In this document: one piece after another, positions 26,411-40,136 of the stretch
Numbering within the stretch: the first letter of the stretch is position 1
Layout: the number at the start of each line of letters is the position of its first letter
Assembly (NCBI GenBank): GCA_030248215.1
Contig: JASANG010003984.1
Coordinates: 558,001 to 622,000 of the forward strand
Length of the DNA stretch: 64,000 nt
Source of the DNA: Enoplolaimus lenunculus
Taxonomy: Eukaryota
Direction: 5' to 3'
The notes under the pieces: model-generated
Database searches by the model: none
What the model saw: only the letters and a program-made list of their open reading frames with translations
Told to the model about the DNA's origin: nothing
Program-made: the position numbers and the translations under genes

Positions 26411-27446
26411 GAATAAACGATAAAGTGTTAAGGCAGCGCTATACTTGCCGTTCGGGGCGGTCTGCTGCGGGCAATGCGCGCAAGGTACCGTATGCAGCAA
26501 TTAACATTTGTCGCCGTTATGGCGTCATGCTTATCAGGTTCGCGACTAGGGAGGGTATACGAGCCGCCGGCCTATCTTATGGGGCCAACTACAAAGTATA
26601 GTCCATATTTGTATCAGCTACTATCTGAGAACGACGGGCCACAAACCTTGGGGCACAACAAAGGAATCCTCACGATCGAAGCGCATGAGAACTGAACTTG
26701 GGGTGAACAACAGTATGCTGAACTCGCCTCATATCGGTTTTGTCAGGGACCCTCAGGTGCCGCAAGCTCCACCCCGGGAGACACGGGGCTACAGCAGTGG
26801 CATTGGCCCCTATGGTTGTTAATACATTAAAAACCTCTGCGGCAATTAGAGACGCCGTTAGTCGGACATTGACTTGAAGTAAATGGGCAGTCTATCTCTC
26901 GTGATTCAGCTTAAAGGCGGGATTCGAAATAAATGAACTATAAAGTCCACGAACTATTAATTGGGCTGGTAATAAGCCAGAAGCAATGACACGTTTTGTC
27001 CCTATTGGACTATTGGGTAACATTTTGTCTGCTTATAAACCCTATATCGCGTTCGTCCCACAGTATCACGTAACATACCGTGCCTTGTACACATTGATGA
27101 TTTGAGAGCGGTGGTTTGTAAGCTGATGTCATTTGACATTCGAGTTTTGTCTGTTGACCCGATATAAGAGCCCGAATTTTAACGTTGACGTCGAATCAAC
27201 ATGGGACAAACCGTGTCTTGCCTGCCCCGGTTATAACGTGAACCCCGCATTAAAGCCTTTTGGGTTTTCTAAAGACTTTAAAGCCTTTTGGGCAATCATC
27301 GTCAGTCGTATATTCAGCAGTAATTATAAGCCCATCGCGTCCGAGAGTCCGAGGTTCGAATCTTAGCTTGAAATTAGAGTTCAATAGAAATACGAAATAT
27401 TCACGCTGAAACAGGTATAAACTTTTACAATCAGCTTTTAAGCATA

Positions 27447-27655
27447 CACTGCAAAAAATGGTTACTTAAATTGACTCTTTCCGAAATCGGCTCTACGGGA
27501 CTACGCAAACTGAGTCAAATTCGACTCCGTCAGACTCAAATTCGACTCGCTGAGTCGCACGTTTGACTTTGCCGGAGTCGAAATTGACTCAGTTTGTATA
27601 GTTCCATACAGCCTATTTCGGAGGGTGTCAATGTGAGTCAGCATTTTTTGCAGTG
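27447..27655. mobile_element. MITE family A
   Basis: Full palindrome, TA...TA. Confidence 0.9.
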
Positions 27656-27928
27656 TAGGTTTTTCTTTCTGCACGTGTCAACAATGCAAATTAAGCCGCA
27701 AAGCCACATATCTTAGATAACCGTAGTAGATATATTAATTGCGTAATGAGCTTTGAACAAAAAAAAACTGGAAAATGACCTTTGAGTTCGGGTGGAAATG
27801 ATTTATCAGCCTGGCTGTCACTGAAAATGCCAGTTCGCAGGTTATCTTGTAATTCTCAAACAGTTGATCTATACGTTTTAGCGTGAATGTATTTCAAATT
27901 TAACGTTTAGTTTCTTTATTTCTATGAG

Positions 27929-28251
27929 CAGACCCGTAGCCAGCACACCATGCTCGGAGGTTAAAAAATTTTCAGAAGGGTCATACAAGGATTTTCGTTG
28001 ACTTTTACAAGCAAGGATCAAAATTTTCTGGGGGGGGGGGCAAAATTGTTTCACGGGGGCGGAGCCCCCACCTGGGCCCCCCTTGCCTGCTGGCCCGCAG
28101 CTCACGTTTGTTAGTGTGCTAAATATTGTTCAGGAAGAGCGTGCAAGGGTTTTCGCTGACTTCGCAAGCAAGGTTGAAAATTTTCTAGAGGGGGTGGCAA
28201 AATTTTTCCAAGGGGGCTGAGCCCCCCGACCCTTCTCTGGGTACGGACCCT
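27929..28251. mobile_element. MITE family F, internally duplicated (dimeric)
   Basis: Two F cores between flanks tctatgag/ttcatgag. Confidence 0.75.
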
Positions 28252-28534
28252 TTCATGAGTCCAAGGAAAATTTTTATATTCAACAAATTTCTACTGCAAA
28301 TTTACAAGACACCATTTTCTTACTTTTAAGAAATAGTTGTCTTAAAAGTTTATGAAATAAAGTCTTATTTCTGAAAAATTTCAGATTTCAAAGTCTGGAA
28401 CTCAAGACATATATGTTGGGAGTTGTAAGTCGCGAACAAAACATAAATGTTTGAAATTTCAGAAATTGTTTCTTAAATATAATATATAAGAAAATTTGTT
28501 CTGTATGCAATCTTTTGAAATGGCACCGTGTTCA

Positions 28535-28779
28535 CTCTGCGAAAAATGTTGAGTCAAAGGGACTCTCTTCTAAATAGGCTTTTGCGGACTACACAAACTG
28601 AGTCAAATTCCACAACGCCACAGTTAAATTCGACTCACCCGAGGTCGCTCAGTTAATAGTCGAATTTGACTCTGGCGGAGTCGAATTTGACTCTGGCGGA
28701 GTCGAATTTGACTCAATTTGTGTAGTCCGCAAAAGCCTATTTCGGAGAGGGTCAATTTGACTCATTATTTTTTGCATTG
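28535..28779. mobile_element. MITE family A
   Basis: Palindrome with an internal ~21-bp duplication. Confidence 0.85.
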
Positions 28780-29070
28780 TACTCTTAGAATTTTTGTCTC
28801 ATGTAAACAGTAGAGGCTGAACGTTTTTCTGTGTGACTGCAATAGAATAAGCTTGCGCTTTAGACTATTTTTTGTCTAGGCTTAAGTACAAGCTCATTTT
28901 CACGATTAGCATTATGGTTTAGGCTAAGAAATATGCTTATTCTACTGTTTTACAGCCATGTTCTATATATTGGTCGAGTCTTCACAGTTTTTGAAAAAAC
29001 CATATTTTTGTTATTTTTAAGCCACGTTCATCATCCGTTTCCTTCAATTATTTTTTTAATTCCACTAATA

Positions 29071-29285
29071 CACTGTAAATTCCAATGAGTTAGTTAATCA
29101 ACTCAGACGGAAAGTTAGTTTATTTCTGAGTTAATAGCAGTAAACTTTCATTCACTCTGCGTTAACTTGATTCTCACTGTGAGTTGAGTTGAATCAACTC
29201 AGAATTGTGAGTTCTGATAGTCCTAACTCAGACTGAGTGATTCAACTCATTTTGAGTTAAAATCAACTCACTGGAATTTACAGTG
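29071..29285. mobile_element. MITE family B
   Basis: TA-CACTGTAAATTCCA...TGGAATTTACAGTG-TA. Confidence 0.9.
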
Positions 29286-29526
29286 TAGAAGCTGTTAAGA
29301 TTTAGCATCAAAATACACTAAAAAGTTCGAATTCGGCCGAAAAAAGTTTTGACTTTTGTAGATATTTCCTCGTGTTTTTTACAAATTGGTTTCTGTAGCA
29401 TCTCAAGCTGCGTATAAATAATGAAAAGTATACTTGCAGTTGTAAAAGTAAATAAATCAAAGTTTGAGTTTACCTCAACAACGAGTAACGGTGTAATTAT
29501 TGTAATAATGTTGTCAGTGGTTGCTT

Positions 29527-30037
29527 ATGCACTGGACACGTATTTGTTCACTTAGCCAAACAGTAAGGCTATCGATTCAATTGATTACAATAATGTTTAT
29601 GCCGAAATTATTTTCAACTGAGGTTGAAATTTTTCAAAATTATTTCAACAATTTCACAAACATTTTTTCAATCTCGGAAAATTTTTCAACCCGACCTTTC
29701 GCAGACAGCCGTAGAGCTGTTAGGCTGTTGAACGACGATGACAATGCTACGGTTCAGTTGAATTCAACCAGAAAACTACTTCTAAAGACAACGGCTATTA
29801 CTAGGTCAAACCGTTCGAACAGACCTGATTTGGAGAGTAATTTTGAATTTGAATTCAACTCAACGCGGGTTACCGGAACCAGTTTGACAATTTCAATGAA
29901 ATCGAGAAATCAAATTGAAAAACGAGCAATTAGAACTGCAGACTCTGCATTGAACGACGACAATGGTGTAGTGCTGTTGTATGGCACTTGGATGGAAGTT
30001 CCAACTCAAGTTGAAAAGCCGATCAAAGACCAAAAAA
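29527..30037 (+). CDS. Probable first coding exon of a secreted or membrane precursor protein
   Basis: ATG at 29527 and 170 open codons ending at a consensus donor A|GTAAGT (30038, phase 1). Moderately hydrophobic N-terminus, several N-x-S/T sequons, dibasic sites (RR, RK, KR). Confidence 0.6.
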
Positions 30038-32090
30038 GTAAGTTGAGCTTTTGAAAATCAGGTTGACACAAAATACGAGGGATTCTGGCAAAACCCGAAA
30101 CACTTTGTCTTTTGATGACCCAATAAGGAATCTAGGAATGCGGAATTTTTTACATTGCAGTACTGAAGCAATGTTTGTAGGGAGTTATGGGATTTTGCCA
30201 CCCCCCAAGTTTCTGAATCACAATATTGCGAAACGAAGTGAACCATATCAGAAGCATGACCTTAATAGAATTTTATGCTAATTTAGCACCAGTTGGGTGC
30301 TAACCCTGACTTTAGCAAAGCCTTGTTATCAGCTTAAGATGCCACCAAAGCTATTTGTTCTTCTCAGCGGCGTATCAGCCTACGCTTCCGTCGAAAATCA
30401 TGACACCAGTCCCTCTTCCGATGATTCAAACATTACTCAACATTTTTGTTTAAAATCTTGATAACAGTGGGGCCCCTGATTGAGGTGGGCCCCCTAAATG
30501 GGGTATGGAGGTGACTGCTCTGACCCTGGTTCTTCTTGTATCCTAAATGCTGCGGCCGTGTGTGCCGGTAGAGCCTCATAAGCAAATTTAACAATTCTAT
30601 CGCTATTCATTGGAAAAAGTGCTTTTTGTACACCACTGTTTTGGATCGCAATTTTTCAACTGTAAATGAAACGAATAAAGCGTGTACCTCTAACAGCGTT
30701 TTACAAACACTGCAAAAAATGGTGAGTCAAATTGACTCTCTCTCCGAAATAGACTCTTCCTGACTACACAAACTGAGTCAAAATTCAACTCCGCCAGAGT
30801 CAACCGGGTGTACAATTTCTGCACGGTATTTCTATCACGAATATTTGTGGCTCCGACACGCTTTTCAGCTGCGTACCCTTGCAAATGAACAATTTTGTAA
30901 TGGTGTTTGATACATAAATAGCATAGGAGTTTACGCTAACTTTGCTCGCTGGGCCTTTTTCACAGCCTCACCTGTATTGGTTTTTGAGCGCCCCCACTGT
31001 AAATTCCAATGAGTTGATTAATCAGTTCAACTAGCGAGTTAGTTATTTCTGAACTAATATCAGTAAACATTAACTGACTCTGAGTTGCGTTTATTCTTAC
31101 TCAGAGTTTTGTAAACTCTGGGTGAGTTGATTAATGAATTCAGAATCAATTGAATCGACTCAAATTTGTGAGTTCTGATAGTCCGTATTTTTTCGCTATT
31201 CGGTTCTGATGCGAAATCCGGTATTTTAATAGGTTTCTGTTGTTTAGAAATCGTCAATATTTTGGCACGAATTGCAACCCTGTCGAATAGCCTTGGGTAA
31301 AGTTTCTAACATGCATATGCGATTTAAAATACTTGAAAAAATAGTTTTACCGTTTTTTTCGCACAAAAGTTGCTTAATCAAATTTGGATGCGGGACGATC
31401 GAACACAGTAACTCTGATGATAGGTGCTATACACATTTGAGAATACTCTGTCAACGAAACCAATCCGTTACTATTTGAATGTGTTTATTTTCAATTTCTC
31501 TCATCTCGTTTATAGTTGAGCTATTTTCTAATTTCCGGTTTCGGGCGACGTGAAAATAGGTCTATTAATGATTTATGCAGAATTGATTTAGGGTCAAAAA
31601 GCGGTTCCTCATCGGTTTGATGAAGTTAACCTGTTACAGTAGAAACTATAAGATTAGTAGAATTGAAAGCCATCAGATGTTAGCCATAATTACACATTTG
31701 TATTCTGATCTGGCTGTGCTATTTTATACACACGCTTTTCACTTAATTTCAAATTTAATTTCATATGAAGTTCAAAACTGTACGATAAAAGCGGTGGTAT
31801 TTGCTCACCCTGTCAACAAACTATTTGAGAATAATTTTGAAAACAATGAGATTTATAAAATTCGTATTTGGAAAATTGCTGTTGCACAGTTTTACACGGC
31901 GTGCGCACGATAAAATAATGTACGACACTTGAATTTTGTGGGTTCCGAAAATTGCTTTGTCCAGCAAATGCTGTTTTTGTTTTCTAGGTTGCCAGTCCCT
32001 AATTGAAAATCTGAAGTCATGTCGATTTTTGCTGGAACAGGAATTAATTTTTTGCAGGAATTTCGGCCGGAACAGGAATCCCGGTTGAAT

Positions 32091-32092
<2 letters not shown>

Positions 32093-32188
<96 letters not shown>

Positions 32189-32193
32189 ATATA
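32093..32193. repeat. (TA)n microsatellite
   Basis: About 100 bp of near-perfect TA. Confidence 0.98.
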
Positions 32194-32671
32194 TGAAGAA
32201 ACTAGGACGTTCTATTTAGGTTTTGTAGCATACAAATTTCAAAATAGTATATATTGCTAGTTTATTTGTTAATAGATAATTTTTTCACTTTCCGGTTCCG
32301 GTATTTGTTCGCTTTGTGGTTCCGGTATTTTGTAATTCTGGTTGCATCCTTCTCTTCTTTTTTGTTTTATGCTTGGTTAATCTACTTTGTTGTTATTCTG
32401 TCAGTCTTTTAATTTCTCTCTCTCGTTGTTCGGTCGTCCCTGTTTGTTGCTTTGTATTCCGTTTTCGTTTCTATTCTCTTTCTAATTCACTACTCTTCGC
32501 TGTACCCCTAAAGGGTGGTTGTGTCGTGTCCAGATTTACACGGTGAATTAAACGGCTTTTAGACATGTATTGGGATCAAATTTCACACCAGAATATAGCT
32601 GTTTCCTAATGGTTTTCGGCTTAAATTTACGCTTATAGTCTGTAATGCTATAGCGCTTCGCGATTCTTACG

Positions 32672-32822
32672 CAGGCCTGTAACCAGCTCACCTTGCTAGA
32701 GGGCTAAAAATTATTAGGAGGGACATACAACGGTTTACATTGACTCTTACAAGCAAGGTTGAAAATTTTCTAGGGGATCAAAGTTTTTTCCAGCTGCCGC
32801 CCCCTCCTTGGCTACGGGACTG
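32672..32822. mobile_element. MITE family F
   Basis: Flanks ttcttacg/tttttaca. Confidence 0.8.
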
Positions 32823-34121
32823 TTTTTACATGGTTCGGAGGCTTGATTGTGTTGAACCAAGGTTCGATTTGTTTTGTTGATAAATATTAGAATTTTATCT
32901 TCTATCCTAAAAAGTTTTGTTAAGCTTAAGCTTACCAATTTCAATGTGAAATGATCGGTTAACACAACAGTCGATAACATAGACCTTTCTCTGGACAAGG
33001 GTATCACGGACGACAATTCGTCGTGTGAAAACTCGTCGAACCAGTTGTGTTCTGAAATTTCATCGACTCGACAATTTGTCACATTGCGTACGGCAGTCTC
33101 GCTCGTTTCGTTCACGGCCGTTTCTTCGCGCAAGTCTACTTTGTGAGTTCAACCAAGATCGAAGCGAACTCACAAATTTACCGGTTCCAAATTGGAATGA
33201 AAGAGGGATTGAGATCCATAACCGCAAGTGATTTCTGAAAAGCCATGAAACCTGTTTTGACTCTTATCTCAAAAGCACAAACAGGTGTTTCTGAACTTTG
33301 CTCGATACTACTTTTTCAACACCGAAATCCGAATCGGAACGTTTAATTTTCGCCCAATCCGTCAGACTGAATCCGAACCTATGTTACCACTCTGTGTTCA
33401 GCCGTAGTATTAATGCCTATAAAGTAAAATTGACCAACAGTGGTGGAGCAGGCTACGGTGGGATGTCCCTAAAATTGCCGGATGAGATCCCCTTGCTACA
33501 ATCAAAATATTTTTCAAATTTTTTGTTTAAAATCTTGTTAGCGCGGCAGCCCTGCTTGGGGTGAGCGGTCCCCAAATGGCCGGTATCAGGGGTTGTTACT
33601 CCGGCCCTATTGGCCAAGCCAGTGATGAATTAGGGACTTTTAAATACGGTGTTGCCGGTTTCATCATTTCACGTCCGCTTCTTGGTTTACAGGATCAAAT
33701 TTCGGTAAAATGTTTTGATTTTTAAGATCTTATTTTAGTAAAAATGGATTTGAAACTTTTGATAGTTTGACAACCTAAAATACGTCGTAAAATCAATGTT
33801 TATTCGGGCTTTTCAAAACGGTTTCTTATCGAATATTTTAGCCCTTAAACCCGGAGGAAGTGTATATACAATTGAAGGATCGTTGGGTAAATATGGATTT
33901 TTGATTTTATAGAAGCTTTTTGATCCACAGTTTGAAAATGAGGAATTCAAAATTTATGAATATTAAACCTTAGATTTCAGCTCGCATCAGGTGAGGTTTT
34001 TTAAATGTCAAAATTTGACAGATATAAAGCACTTGAATACGAGTTAACTTAGAACGTATTCGTAGAGTTTTTGTATAGTAAAAGCTAAATTGGTATTTCA
34101 ACGACTTTAATACTTGAAAAT

Positions 34122-34965
34122 GGTCCATGTTACTTTTAGGAGCGTCCAGGTTTCTGATGGGTCTGTAAAAGAGTAGGTTTAGATGATAGTTTACAGTTTT
34201 TTTGCTTAGGCTTAGGCTTATGAACACATTTTTGCAACACTTAGGTTTAGGCTTTAGACTTAGGAACACATTTTACCACGCTGGCTTAGGCTTACGCTTA
34301 GGCTTAGGCTTAGTAACTCATTTTTGCAACGCTTAGGCGTAGGCTTACGCTTAGGCTTAATAACTCATTTTTGCAACGCTTAGGCTTAGGTGTAGGCTTA
34401 GGCTTAGGCTTAGTAACTCATTTTTGCAACGCTTAGGCTTATGCTTAGGCTTAGGTGTAGGCTTAGTAACTCATTTTTGCAACGCTTAGGCTTATGCTTA
34501 GGCTTAGGCGTAGGTTTAGTAACTCATTTTTGCAACGCTTAGGCTTAGGCGTAGGCTTAGGCTTAGGCTTAGTAACTCATTTTTGCAACGCTTAGGCTTA
34601 TGCTTAGGCTTAGGCGTAGGTTTAGTAACTCATTTTTGCAACGCTTAGGCTTAGGCGTAGGCTTAGGCTTAGGCTTAGTAACTCATTTTTGCAACGCTTA
34701 GGCTTAGGCGTAGGCTTAGGCTTAGGCTTAGTAACTCATTTTTGCAACGCTTAGGCTTATGCTTAGGCTTAGGCGTAGGTTTAGTAACTCATTTTTGCAA
34801 CGCTTAGGCTTAGGCGTAGGCTTAGGCTTAGGCTTAGTAACTCATTTTTGCAACGCTTAGGCTTATTCTTAGGCTTAGGCTTAGTAACTTATTTTTGCAA
34901 CACTTAGGCTTAGGTTTAGGAATACGCTTAATCTACTGCTACATCCCAAAAAGTAACATTTGCCC
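34122..34965. mobile_element. MITE family C1 containing an expanded 53-bp tandem array
   Basis: C1 ends flank 12 units of TAACTCATTTTTGCAAC + (GCTTAG)~6. Confidence 0.9.
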
Positions 34966-35712
34966 TTGAAATTGATTTGCTTTTCTGCTTTTAACATTCT
35001 AACAAATACGCAGTATGGGTTCAAGTTTAAACGTTGAACCTAATAAGATCTCGATCTGTACTTAGTAAAACATTCATGTGATTGTCATAGTATCGTTTAG
35101 ATCACAGATTAAAGCATCTATTCACATTCTCTGAATTTGTTGAGGTACAGGTTGTAGTTTCTTAATTTTTTTGGTTTTTTTCCGGCTGAGTCAATTTTTC
35201 CGGAAGAGACCGACACTGCATCTAAGGCCGTTCAGTTGGCTACACGTGCGACTATGGGCGTCTGAGCTTTACATTGTGAACATAAATGCCTTCAAAACCC
35301 GTGGGAGTGGTCTTGGCAAACACAAAAAAGTATATCTGAATTTATTCAGAAAAGTATTTTCTGTGACAAATCTGACATTTTTTTCTAATATTTAAGACAC
35401 TTTTTGTAAAAATAACTTGAAAACAGTTAATTTGCAGACTTAATTTCAAAACTTTTCTTGATAACTTTTCTGTTATAACAGAAATACTTTTCATGTGAAC
35501 CTTGCTAATTATATTTCTTAAATGTAAGAATTTTTTTCTTAAATATCAGAAATATTATTTTAAGTGCAACCTTAGTTATAGTAAAGTTTGAATCTGAAAA
35601 ACAAATTGAACCGAAGCGAGCATAAAACTTAACATGAGCTAGACATAGTTTTAGTGTTCCTTGTACAGCAGTCGCAAAGCGTTTCTTGGTTTATACGTGT
35701 AGTCAAACGTCA

Positions 35713-35963
35713 CCCTGTAAACCCAGTGAGTTGATTTTAACTCAGTATGAGTTGAATCGTTCAATGTGAGTTAGGACTTTCAGAACTCAAAATTCTGAGT
35801 CAATAAATCTCACTCTGAGATAAATAGTCAACTTACGCGGCATCAACTGAACTCAAAGTGAAGATCAACTCAACTTAGAGTGAGTTAATGTTTAGTGTTA
35901 TTAACTCAGAAATAACTAATTCTCCAGCTGAGTTGGTTAATCAACTCATTGGAACTTACAGCG
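35713..35963. mobile_element. MITE family B
   Basis: Opposite orientation, both ends present. Confidence 0.85.
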
Positions 35964-38900
35964 TTTTAGCTGCGCATCTGACATAAGCAATTTATATTGC
36001 TAGATGCTTTAACTATTAAGGTATACTTCCGTTTTCTACACGTTTACTAACCAGTTATTTCAATGCGGCTAAAGCTGTTTATCGCTTGTTTTGAAATCTG
36101 TGTTTACGCCGGAAACACAAATTTTACCGGATGTTTTTGTAGCATTTCGCGATACAAAGTTTTCAATATTTTGACTCAAACTTGCTTGCATCTCAAGCCG
36201 ATTGGCAATCATAGTGCGAATAAACATTATAAACAAAACCGAATATGCTGCACATTCGTTGTCAAATTATTTACTGTCGACAGAAACTTTGAAATTTCAG
36301 ACACATTCATGATTATTAAACTCATTTCCACATGAATATTTGCAATTTCATACCTTTGTTTACTGCACTGTTGGTGCTTTGGCAAATGCAATGACGTTAA
36401 TGGATGCTAAATCTGGTATCAAAACGATACTAAGCGAATCGTATCAAATACCAGGGTGGAGGCCCTCAAACTCGCGATAGAAGCGAATGCGAAGCCAGAC
36501 GCATTTTAAAACTTAAGCGGTTTTCGTTTCAACCGGTTAGGGTTGGAGGTATGGGGGGGTGGCTGTTTCGGCCCCCTGCTCCCAATCTTATTATTGCAAA
36601 AATATTATTTTGCAACATTCCCTATTGGATATTTCCATCACAACCCGAATCTAAATTGTTAGAACAGATCTAAAATATTTCACATTTATTAATTGTTCGC
36701 TTCTGCCAATCTCAAATCGTGGTTATATGTTTGTCCATATTCTTGTCGCCAAGCCCCGGCGAAACACGTGAACACATAATTGGCTTGCAATTTTTGAACG
36801 CGTACGCTCAAAGCGACGCCGCAAAACACTGCTTAAACACTTTTTAGAAGTTAAGAAAGTAAACTTTACTGAAACTATTTTATTGTAAGTTTCATTGAGT
36901 TGATTTGAACTCAGAACGAATTGAATCGACTCAAAACACTCCATTGTGAATTAGGACAATTTGACATTATATTTCTGGGTTGATTCATCTTTTCTGAGCT
37001 GAGTGAAATAATCAACTTATCAGGAATCAACTCTAACTGAACATGAGAATCAAATCAATTCAAAGATTTCAGAATCCGTCACCAGTTACCGAGCCCGAAG
37101 TTAACGGTGGGGGTGCAAGGACGGCCCAGCCCCCCCGGAACACAATTTTGTCCCCCCGCCCTAGAAAATTTTCAACCTTGCTTGCAAAGTCATTGAAAAG
37201 CCTTGTACGCCCCTCCGGCAAAAATGTTTAGTACACCCTGTCAAGGTGATCTGCCTACAGGGGACTGCTGGTTTACGCTCATGAACTGCGGAATATTTTG
37301 CAAAGTTTAATGATTTTAAGCTAGTTCAATCGTCAATCACTCTGCAAGCTGTTTTAGCTTAAAACTAGCCAGCTTCTACCGTAGATCTTATTATTAACTT
37401 ATTTCAGTTATTTTGACACTTTAGCTAAGTAACTGTTTAAAATTTTTTAACTTCATCAAAAATTCATACGAATCTTAGTTGTTGTTTAATTCGCGTTTTC
37501 GCTAAACATATGTTCCGTTTTGTGGTGGTTTAAGCCATTTTTTTGTAAATATTTCGAAAAATATAATTTATTCCTGGTCATTTTGGCATATTTTAACGGC
37601 GTTTATGTTAACTTTTGCACCAGTTGCTGTTTTTGATGGAGTTTTGATGAAATTTATATATATATCTGTATTTTTAGACAATATCAACGCTTATAAATGT
37701 TGCCGAGCCAACAAATACTGTATACTGCATTAAATTCAAGTGAATTGATTTTAAATCAGAATGACGTTAATTGCTCAGTATGATTTTGGACTTTTAAAAT
37801 TCTGAGGTTATTTTGAGTTAATTATTGAAGTCACCCGCAATCAACTCAACTTAAAATGAGGATCAGCTGAACTCAGAGTGAGTTAATGTGTCAGGGACAC
37901 ATCCCGATGGTCGCAGCCGTAACAAATGTTTATTGATTTAAACTCAGATATCATTGGCCGAGTTGATTAATCAGCCCATTGGAATTTAAGGTGTATTCAT
38001 TCTTACAAGAGTAATAATAGTTTGTAATACTGAGAGTGCACGTGCACTCTTGTAAGATTTTTACGCTAAAGTTAGTTGACAACGGAACCGTTAAACTACG
38101 AATTACTTAACAATTTCACATTTCTCGCACAAATCTTATCTCGTCTAAAACTATGCCTTTTAATCCTAAGCTTACGCCTAAACTTAAGCCTGAGTTTAAT
38201 TCACATAACTTTACCTAGTAGCATCGCGATGCTTGCATCTAATTGCCAACACAGAGGTACGCATTACGTATTTTGTCGGTAAATATAATTGTGACTCACG
38301 AAAAGGTTATACGAAAACTAACAGGTCTGCCTTCGTTTTCAGGTTCGAAACCTACTTTACAGTCATTTTCCGGTTCCGAACTTTCAAAACCTATTCATGC
38401 GATGTCTTAAATTTCAACCAGGTCTAATCGTTTGATTACAACTTGGCAAAGCGGTTTCACACCTGGATAAATTTAGTGAATTTTAATACCAAACCCGGCT
38501 ACGTGAAAGAACCAGCACTGTTACGGAGTAACCAATGAAATCCAAGAAGGTCGTAGTGTCTTCGTTAGTAACAATATAATTTAATTTCAAGTAAAATTAC
38601 ACGTATGTTAAACGAATCAATTTGTACACAAACCTTGTATATGTTAGGGTTCAACCCGATACCAAAACAACGACGGACCCGGAGCCAGATAATCTAATAT
38701 CCGGCCGGAACTGGAGTCGAATAATCAATTCAAACGTAACAGTAGATTGCATTTAAACAACAGAACGTAGCTAACAGTTCATCCTTAAATAGCCTAAGGT
38801 ATCCACAGTGTTTGCATGGCAAAGCTTAACGGCTCACGCCGATGGCTCTTTAACACTTCAACAACACCCGTATTCCAATATTCTATGATTTTGTAACGTT

Positions 38901-39229
38901 GCGTTCAGTTGCAATACTGGTTTGGCGCATGTTACTTTTAATGGTAACCAGTTTTCCGTAGGTACTATGTAATAGAGTTGGCTAGAATTAAGGCTTTTTT
39001 GCTTAGGCTTAGGCTTAGTTACACACATCTTTACGCTGAAGTTTAGGCTTAGCCTTAGGTGTTTAGTAATATGCTAAGATATATACTGTTATCCCGTGAA
39101 ATAACACTGGTCATCTTTATCATGGTTTCCAGTGTTATTGTAACCCCCAAAAATTATGAACGTACACGGGCACATGCAAACATTTACATTACCTGTATGA
39201 CAAAAAGTAAGTAAATCAGTTCTATGGTA

Positions 39230-39684
39230 CTCTAGTGACCCGAATAAGAAGGTGGACTGATATTTATTTGGCCTCTCCAGAGGATACCCCCTTGTTATTC
39301 GGTTACGGACTGTTATTTATTTTCAAACAGCCCTCCGCCACCCTTCCTAACTGATATATATCCGGTATTGCAACTATCTGTTGAATTAAACGCTTTTTGC
39401 GTTTCATCAAAAGCTTAAGCGATAATGCAAGGTTATACTTTGGAACGTAACTTTCAAAACTTAAGTGCGCTTTAAAATTTCGAACAGAAGTTTAGTTTGG
39501 TCCTTTAGTCATTTATGCACTACATTTAGGGATGATTAACATTTATGAACTGTAATTAGGGTTTAGGGACTCTCTCTCCGCTTACGGACACGTATTAAGG
39601 ATACGGACCCCTATCGATTGGAGCTCAAGATGGGGACCACCCCGTCTTTTTGCCCCCCCCCCCGTCTTATTCGGGTCACTACAG
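39230..39684. mobile_element. MITE family D
   Basis: Full length, TA...TA. Confidence 0.9.
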
Positions 39685-40023
39685 TAGTTGGCATAAATAC
39701 AAATGATGGTTTCATTTTTTTTAATTTTTATAAAGATTATTCAGCAAGTTAAAATACCGGAGCCAGTTGCGTGATAGGCAAATTAGAAATACTTTACAAA
39801 CGCACCTTTATCGCCTATTTGATGGCAATAAATATGTCTGGAATTGGTGTTCGTACTCCCCAAAAATTTGGCCTTCGACGCTATTTCAATGTCTAAATCA
39901 GAAGAGTACACCTAAAAAATCTAAGGATCTGTTCAACCGAACGGGGCCCTGCATCAAATCAAAACATTTCAACAGGAGCCCAATCAAGCAATGTAAGCTA
40001 GCTTCTAGCTCGCATGTTTTTTC

Positions 40024-40136
40024 ATTGGCTGATGCCTTAATGTTAATGTTTTACAATGTTTTGATTGGCTGATGCCTAAATGTTAATGTTTTACAATGTT
40101 TTGATTGGCTGATGCCTTAATATTAATGTTTTACAA
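40024..40136. repeat. 40-bp tandem repeat x3, each unit containing ATTGG
   Basis: ATTGGCTGATGCC at 40024, 40064 and 40104. Confidence 0.9.

Noticed and set aside
26670..26891. Trypsin-like words on the minus strand (ASLIA...VVHPKF) and HE/YLM words on the plus strand
   Set aside because: No TAAHC, DIAL, GDSGG or HExxH motif; resemblance is within chance.
34283..34920. CRISPR-like array (constant 17-mer plus 36-bp spacers)
   Set aside because: The spacers are near-identical TTAGGC hexamers, there are no cas genes, the context is eukaryotic, and the array lies inside a MITE.
34283..34920. True telomere or chromosome-fusion scar
   Set aside because: Regularly interrupted, single orientation, and bounded by MITE ends.
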